Origin: an uncultured bacterium
Lineage (GTDB): Bacteria; Verrucomicrobiota; Verrucomicrobiia; Verrucomicrobiales; DEV007
Direction of reading: 5' to 3'
Assembly: GCA_963977015.1 (NCBI GenBank)
Contig: CAXBMO010000007.1
Coordinates: 96,001-160,000 of the forward strand
Length of the DNA stretch: 64,000 nucleotides
The stretch's first letter is position 1, and each line of letters begins with the position of its first letter. Below are positions 59,168 to 64,000 of the stretch, in pieces. The notes under the pieces are model-generated. The model did not search any database, was not told the DNA's origin, and was given only the letters and a program-made list of their open reading frames with translations. The position numbers and the translations under genes were made by a program.

Positions 59168-59380
59168 ATGACCAGAGACGAAGCCATCCAGCAAATCCAA
59201 GATGCGTGCACGGAAATGTCCAAGCTGATGATGAAGGTAACTCCAGCCGCGCAGCACTTGGACGACGAGGCGACTTCTTCCGCCGTCGTGAAAGCATCTT
59301 ACCAACTGACGATTGAGCTGGAGACGATCAAGAAACAGCTGATTCGCCTGCAAAAGCGCGATGACAGCGCGGAGTTGTAA
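59168..59380 (+). CDS. Small helical hypothetical protein (70 aa)
   Basis: Amphipathic helical sequence, co-oriented with neighbours. Confidence 0.65.
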   Translation: MTRDEAIQQIQDACTEMSKLMMKVTPAAQHLDDEATSSAVVKASYQLTIELETIKKQLIRLQKRDDSAEL

Positions 59381-59408
59381 AAGGAGAATCTCCAGTCTAC
59401 GCTGAGAA

Positions 59409-59588
59409 ATGGCTGACAAACAAAGGGAGGAGCCTCGCAAAGGCACCGTGGTTCCCGGATTCGCGTCTCTGGGGCTGAATGTCGTGGGAATCTCGGGAAT
59501 CTACCTCGCGCTTTGGCAGGGCGAACCGCTTGGATTGATCGGCTCGGCGCTCGCTTTCGGCATCATCATTTGGGTAGCTTTCAAGTAG
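59409..59588 (+). CDS. Small two-TM membrane protein (59 aa), absent from the ORF track
   Basis: Hand translation MADKQREEPRKGTVVPGFASLGLNVVGISGIYLALWQGEPLGLIGSALAFGIIIWVAFK*; fills the gap between co-oriented genes. Confidence 0.7.
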   Translation: MADKQREEPRKGTVVPGFASLGLNVVGISGIYLALWQGEPLGLIGSALAFGIIIWVAFK

Positions 59589-59593
59589 CTGCG

Positions 59594-59621
59594 TTGCGTC
59601 GCCGTCAGATCGCGCTAGGGT
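59594..59621 (+). promoter_or_regulatory. Sigma70-type promoter, probably giving a leaderless mRNA
   Basis: TTGCGT-N16-TAGGGT-N6-GTG start. Confidence 0.5.
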
Positions 59622-59627
59622 GGGAAT

Positions 59628-60539
59628 GTGAAGTTTCTCGATTCCCACGTTCACATGGTTTCTCGGACGACCGAGGACTATCAACGGATGGCCGCCGCCG
59701 GCACCGTCGCTATCATTGAGCCCTCATTCTGGCAAGGGCAGCCGCGAACCAGCGCCGGAACCTTTAAGGACTATTACAATACGCTGATCGGCTTTGAGCG
59801 CTTTCGCGCCAGTCAATTTGGCATCAAGCATTATTGCACGATTGGCCTGAACCCGAAGGAGGCAAACAACGAGCGCCTTGCCGATGAGGTGATGGAGTTG
59901 CTGCCACTCTACATCTGCAAGGAAGGCGTCGTTGGAATTGGCGAAATCGGGTTCGACGATCAATCCAAGGCGGAAGAAAAGTATCTCCGGCTGCAGGCCG
60001 AACTGGCGTTGGAGGCGGATCTTCCCATCCAGATTCACACTCCCCACCGCGACAAGAAGACGGGCACCTCCCGAACCATGGACGTGCTCGAGGATGTGGG
60101 AATTTCACCGAGCAAGGTTGTGATCGATCACAACAACGAAGAAACGGTCAAGGAAGTGCTCGATCGCGGTTATTGGTGCGCCTTCACGATTTATCCTCAC
60201 ACCAAGCTCGGAAATGAACGGATGGTCGAGATCATGCGGGAATACGGAGCGGAGAAGATCATCATCGATAGCTCCGCCGATTGGGGAATCAGCGACGCCC
60301 TCGCCGTGCCTAAAACTGCTGCGTTGATGAATGAATGTGGGATTGAAATGAGCGCAATCGAGAAGGTGAGCTACGCGAATCCGTTGGAAGCCTATGGGCA
60401 AAGCGGCCAAATGCAGGAGTCCGATTGGAGCGCGGCTACCGGCGTTGATCCAACCGCCTTGTTCAATGGCAATACGCTGTTGCGCGGTGGAATGGATATC
60501 CAGGCTGCATTCGAAGGAGATTCCAAGCTGATTGTCTAA
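59628..60539 (+). CDS. TatD-like metallohydrolase, EboB-like subfamily
   Basis: DSHVHMVSRTTEDY, GLNPKEAN, IHTPHRDK, IDHNNE, SSADWG. Confidence 0.85.
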   Translation: MKFLDSHVHMVSRTTEDYQRMAAAGTVAIIEPSFWQGQPRTSAGTFKDYYNTLIGFERFRASQFGIKHYCTIGLNPKEANNERLADEVMELLPLYICKEGVVGIGEIGFDDQSKAEEKYLRLQAELALEADLPIQIHTPHRDKKTGTSRTMDVLEDVGISPSKVVIDHNNEETVKEVLDRGYWCAFTIYPHTKLGNERMVEIMREYGAEKIIIDSSADWGISDALAVPKTAALMNECGIEMSAIEKVSYANPLEAYGQSGQMQESDWSAATGVDPTALFNGNTLLRGGMDIQAAFEGDSKLIV

Positions 60540-60541
60540 CG

Positions 60542-60570
60542 TTGACGGAATTGCGGGTTGCAGTTAGAAC
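60542..60570 (+). promoter_or_regulatory. Possible promoter of fabH-tatD
   Basis: TTGACG-N17-TAGAAC. Confidence 0.4.
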
Positions 60571-60615
60571 AAAGCGGGTTGATTAACCGCCCACAATCGA
60601 ATCCCACCCAGCGAA

Positions 60616-61623
60616 ATGATCGAAAACGGACAGAGCAGCATGTCGATTGTCGGCACAGGCAGCTACACTCCCAAAAAAGTGCTGACCAATGCTGAATTGG
60701 AAAAAATGGTCGATACCTCCGACGATTGGATCACCAGCCGCACCGGAATTAAGGAACGCAGAATTGCCAATGCGGGAGAAGCGACGAGCCACTTGGCCGT
60801 TCGTGCCGCAGAAGCCGCTCTGGAAAATGCCGGAATTGGACCGGATGAACTGGACCTGATCATTGTTGCGACGGTCACGCCAGATACCTTTTTTCCCGCA
60901 ACCGCATGTTATGTCCAAAGCAAGCTCGGTGCGAAGAAAGCAAGCGCTTTTGACGTTTCTGCCGCCTGTGCCGGGTTTCTCTATGCACTCCAGATTTCGC
61001 GCAACTTTCTTAACAACAAGGGATGCGACAAAATCCTCATTATCGGCGCCGAAAAGCTCAGCAGCCTGACCAACTACGAAGACCGGAACACCTGTGTGCT
61101 CTTCGGGGATGGAGCTGGCGCAGCCGTTCTCGTCCGCAACGAACAGCAGGGCGATCGCCGTGGCAGAGTTCTATCTGCGGTGATGGGGAGCGACGGAGAT
61201 CAAACCGACATTCTCATCGTTCCCGGTGGTGGCTCGGCCATTCCAATTACGCCGGAGAATTGCGACAACCGTCTCAACACCATTAGCATGGTGGGCCGCG
61301 AGGTTTACAAATACGCGGTCAACGCGATGAAGAGGGCGTGTATGGAAGCACTGGAAGCCGCCGAGCTTACGGCGGAAGATGTGTCCATGGTGATTCCACA
61401 CCAGGCGAATCTCAGAATCATTGAAGCGATTGTCGATCGTCTGGGAATTCCGATGGAGAAAACCTTCATCAACTTGGACAAGTATGGCAACACGTCAGCT
61501 GCGGCGATTGCAATTGCCTTGGATGAGGCCAATCGCAGCGGAGCCATCAAAGAAGGCGACATCGTCCTTCTTGTCGCATTCGGCGCCGGTTTGACCTGGG
61601 CTGCCGCGGTGTTGGAATGGTGA
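60616..61623 (+). CDS. fabH: 3-oxoacyl-ACP synthase III
   Basis: RTGIKERR, AACAGF, LFGDGAGA, PHQANLRI, GNTSAA, FGAGLTW. Confidence 0.96.
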   Translation: MIENGQSSMSIVGTGSYTPKKVLTNAELEKMVDTSDDWITSRTGIKERRIANAGEATSHLAVRAAEAALENAGIGPDELDLIIVATVTPDTFFPATACYVQSKLGAKKASAFDVSAACAGFLYALQISRNFLNNKGCDKILIIGAEKLSSLTNYEDRNTCVLFGDGAGAAVLVRNEQQGDRRGRVLSAVMGSDGDQTDILIVPGGGSAIPITPENCDNRLNTISMVGREVYKYAVNAMKRACMEALEAAELTAEDVSMVIPHQANLRIIEAIVDRLGIPMEKTFINLDKYGNTSAAAIAIALDEANRSGAIKEGDIVLLVAFGAGLTWAAAVLEW

Positions 61624-61624
61624 G

Positions 61625-62413
61625 ATGGAGTTGATCGATACGCACGCTCATCTCGCCAGCGCGAGAATTCGGAACGAAACCGAAGTGCTGTTGAAACGCG
61701 CCGCAGAGGCGGACGTTGGCCGAATCATCACGATTGGAACGGATACCGAGGACAGCCTCGAAAACACCAGGCTCGCCGCAACCCACGATTCCGTTTTTGC
61801 CACAGTTGGCGTTCACCCCACTTCCGTTCATGAAGTTGGGGAGAACTGGCTGAGCGAGATTCGCGAACTCGCAGCCAAACCCAAAGTCGTTGCGATCGGC
61901 GAAGCTGGTCTGGACTATTTTCATCCTCCTCAGGATGGCAGCCCCGAGCCAGAATGGCGGGCTCGCCAAGCCTCATTTTTCCGTCAACAACTGGATCTGG
62001 CCGTTGAACTCGACCTTCCGATTGTCATTCATCAGAGAGAATCGAGTGAGGACGTGCTCGCGATCATGCAGGATTACGTTGGCAAAGTTCGCGCCGTTTT
62101 TCACTGCTACGTCGGTCCGGTTGAAGAAGCCAGGGAGCTTTGCGATCTCGGTTTTCACCTGTCTTTCACCGGTGTCGCCACTTACAAGAACGCGGCAGAG
62201 GTGGCGGAATGCGCCGCATGGGTTCCTCTGGAAAAGATGATGGTGGAAACGGACAGCCCGTTTCTCGCTCCGGTTCCCAAGCGAGGAAAAACCAACGAAC
62301 CCTCGTTCGTGCGCCACACCGCCGCCTTTATCGCGGAAAAACGTGGAATGACGTTGGCCGAGTTCGCTGACGCGACGACGAAGACGGCGATCGACTTTTT
62401 TCGTCTCAATTGA
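61625..62413 (+). CDS. tatD: TatD-family DNase
   Basis: DTHAH, GVHP, IGEAGLDY, IHQRE, FHCY, ETDSPFLAP. Confidence 0.93.
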   Translation: MELIDTHAHLASARIRNETEVLLKRAAEADVGRIITIGTDTEDSLENTRLAATHDSVFATVGVHPTSVHEVGENWLSEIRELAAKPKVVAIGEAGLDYFHPPQDGSPEPEWRARQASFFRQQLDLAVELDLPIVIHQRESSEDVLAIMQDYVGKVRAVFHCYVGPVEEARELCDLGFHLSFTGVATYKNAAEVAECAAWVPLEKMMVETDSPFLAPVPKRGKTNEPSFVRHTAAFIAEKRGMTLAEFADATTKTAIDFFRLN

Positions 62414-63446
62414 CGGGCGCAGCTTGAAGGCTTTCCCAAGTCTTGTCTTTCAGCTGGCCGTGGCAGATTTCGCGAATTTCCCCGCCGTCATCCAATTCCA
62501 CGAATCGAGCGATCACGCCTTCAGCCAGCGGACCTGAATTCGCGCCCATCACACTCAACGCCGTCGCCATGCTGTCACTGGTGGTGGCATTGGGGGCAAG
62601 AACGCTGACACTCTTTCGATCCGTCAGTCCGAGTCCGGTCGCAGGATCCACAATGTGGGAATAGCGTTTCCCTCCGAGAATCACGAATTGCTGGGTGTCT
62701 CCTGAAGTCGAAATTCCACAATTGCGAACCACGAGGAAGCGGTCGGGTTCGTGAGGTGAGGCGACACTGCTCAACCCCACGGTCCAACCACGCTTCTTTG
62801 GTGGCGCTTCGCCAATGGCCAAATCGCCACTCGCCGCGACCAGGGATTGGGGGAACCCTCGTTCGCGTAAAATCGCGAGGGCCTCATCCGCGGCATACCC
62901 TTTCGCGATTCCTCCCAAATCGAGCCGCATCCCCTCCACTTCCAGCGAAGCGGTTCCATCATCATTGATCTTGAGAAACTGATACCCGGTCCTGGAAAAC
63001 GCCTCCTCCAGCTTTTCCGGGGTCGGAAGCCGTCCCAAGCGATGCGATTGACGCCACAATCTGACGAGTGGCCCAATCGTCGGATCGAACCTCCCTTCCG
63101 TTTGATGAGCCAGATCCCAACTCAGCCGCAGAATCTCGTGAAGCTCCGGAGTCAGCCTGGTCGCCACACCAACCGGTCCCCGGCAAAATCGAAGCAACTC
63201 GCTCTCCGGATCGTAGTCGGAAAAAATGGAATTGAGTTGGTGAACTCTCTGATACGCAGCCTGGGCCGCGGCTTCTGCCTCGATCGGGTCCGTCCCGTAA
63301 ATCCTGATCGAAAATATGGTCCCCATCGCTGGTTCCTTGAATTCGAAAAGCCTGATTTCCGCATTCTCCCCTGCCCCAACCAGAGTACCGCCAAAAAAGA
63401 ACGCGGCTGCAAGAACCGTGATCGTCCTGCAGCCGCGCTTGGTCAA
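62406..63446 (-). CDS. apbE: FAD:protein FMN transferase
   Basis: AMGT, FDPTIGPL, DLGGIAKGYAAD, STSG, YSHIVDP. Confidence 0.93.
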   Translation of the reverse strand: MTKRGCRTITVLAAAFFFGGTLVGAGENAEIRLFEFKEPAMGTIFSIRIYGTDPIEAEAAAQAAYQRVHQLNSIFSDYDPESELLRFCRGPVGVATRLTPELHEILRLSWDLAHQTEGRFDPTIGPLVRLWRQSHRLGRLPTPEKLEEAFSRTGYQFLKINDDGTASLEVEGMRLDLGGIAKGYAADEALAILRERGFPQSLVAASGDLAIGEAPPKKRGWTVGLSSVASPHEPDRFLVVRNCGISTSGDTQQFVILGGKRYSHIVDPATGLGLTDRKSVSVLAPNATTSDSMATALSVMGANSGPLAEGVIARFVELDDGGEIREICHGQLKDKTWESLQAAPVN

Positions 63447-63459
63447 AATCGTATTCCTC

Positions 63460-64000
63460 TTAGGATTCGTTCTCTTCGCCCTTACCCGAGTTCCAAATCT
63501 CCGACATTTTCGGAGTTGGAGGAACCTTCAAAGGCCGGACCAGACGGAAACCTAGCCACTCGGCGTCGGTGTGATACCAAATGCTCTTGGGCAGTTGTGG
63601 ATCCTGGGTTTTCCAAGCCGCTTCCGACTTAAAGCGAGCTGCGCTTCGGCAGTATTCCGGATCGTCATACCAACTTCCACCCCGGGACACCCGCGGATAG
63701 AGATCCTTGCCCGGCTTGTTGTAAGGTGCCAGGACCGGGTCGCCCTTCATCGTGTCGTAGAAATTCTCGTCGTAGCGATCGAGAACCCACTCCAAAACGT
63801 TTCCGTGCATATCGTGCAAGCCCCAGGGATTTGGCTTCTTCTGGCCGACCTTCTGATACTTGTCGTCGGCGTTCCCATAATACCAGGCATACTCATCAAT
63901 CTTCTTGGGATCATCTCCCCAACTGAAGGCGGTCGTGGTTCCGGCACGGCAGGCATACTCCCACTCGGCTTCCGTCGGAAGGCGATAGTAATGGCCGGTC
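63460..64000 (-). CDS. 3' part of a formylglycine-generating-enzyme (SUMF1/FGE-sulfatase) domain protein
   Basis: Frame open to the window end: [36 protein letters not shown]. Confidence 0.92.
   Translation of the reverse strand, partial: TGHYYRLPTEAEWEYACRAGTTTAFSWGDDPKKIDEYAWYYGNADDKYQKVGQKKPNPWGLHDMHGNVLEWVLDRYDENFYDTMKGDPVLAPYNKPGKDLYPRVSRGGSWYDDPEYCRSAARFKSEAAWKTQDPQLPKSIWYHTDAEWLGFRLVRPLKVPPTPKMSEIWNSGKGEENES

Overview
Gene-dense bacterial chromosomal window with about 55 CDS. The gene repertoire (sulfatases, PQQ-like beta-propellers, a Tat-exported Gfo/Idh/MocA protein, a PVC-type heme/HEAT protein, an FG-GAP/ASPIC-UnbV protein, a DUF116-polyprenyl synthase) suggests a PVC-superphylum organism, probably Verrucomicrobia (inference). 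In order: cysI with a divergent Rrf2 regulator; a 10-gene Mrp/Mnh-type cation/H+ antiporter operon lacking MrpA, followed by ribE; an ECF sigma-MerR-crtN-aldH-crtP putative C30 carotenoid cluster with CarH-like operator repeats; kptA; a PAS histidine kinase/response regulator pair; a fused AhbAB/NirDL-like protein; and housekeeping genes (ribF, tdh, argC, mtnA, a cysteine desulfurase, fabH, tatD, apbE). The best candidate for an undescribed system is a compact, tightly coupled operon at 33259-36717 (- strand): winged-helix-like protein, AAA+/P-loop ATPase with a C-terminal winged-helix, and a Cas4/RecB-like Fe-S PD-(D/E)XK nuclease. It looks like a defence or DNA-processing module. I saw no rRNA, tRNA, CRISPR array, integrase or transposase. 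All calls come from motif recognition by eye; no searches were run.
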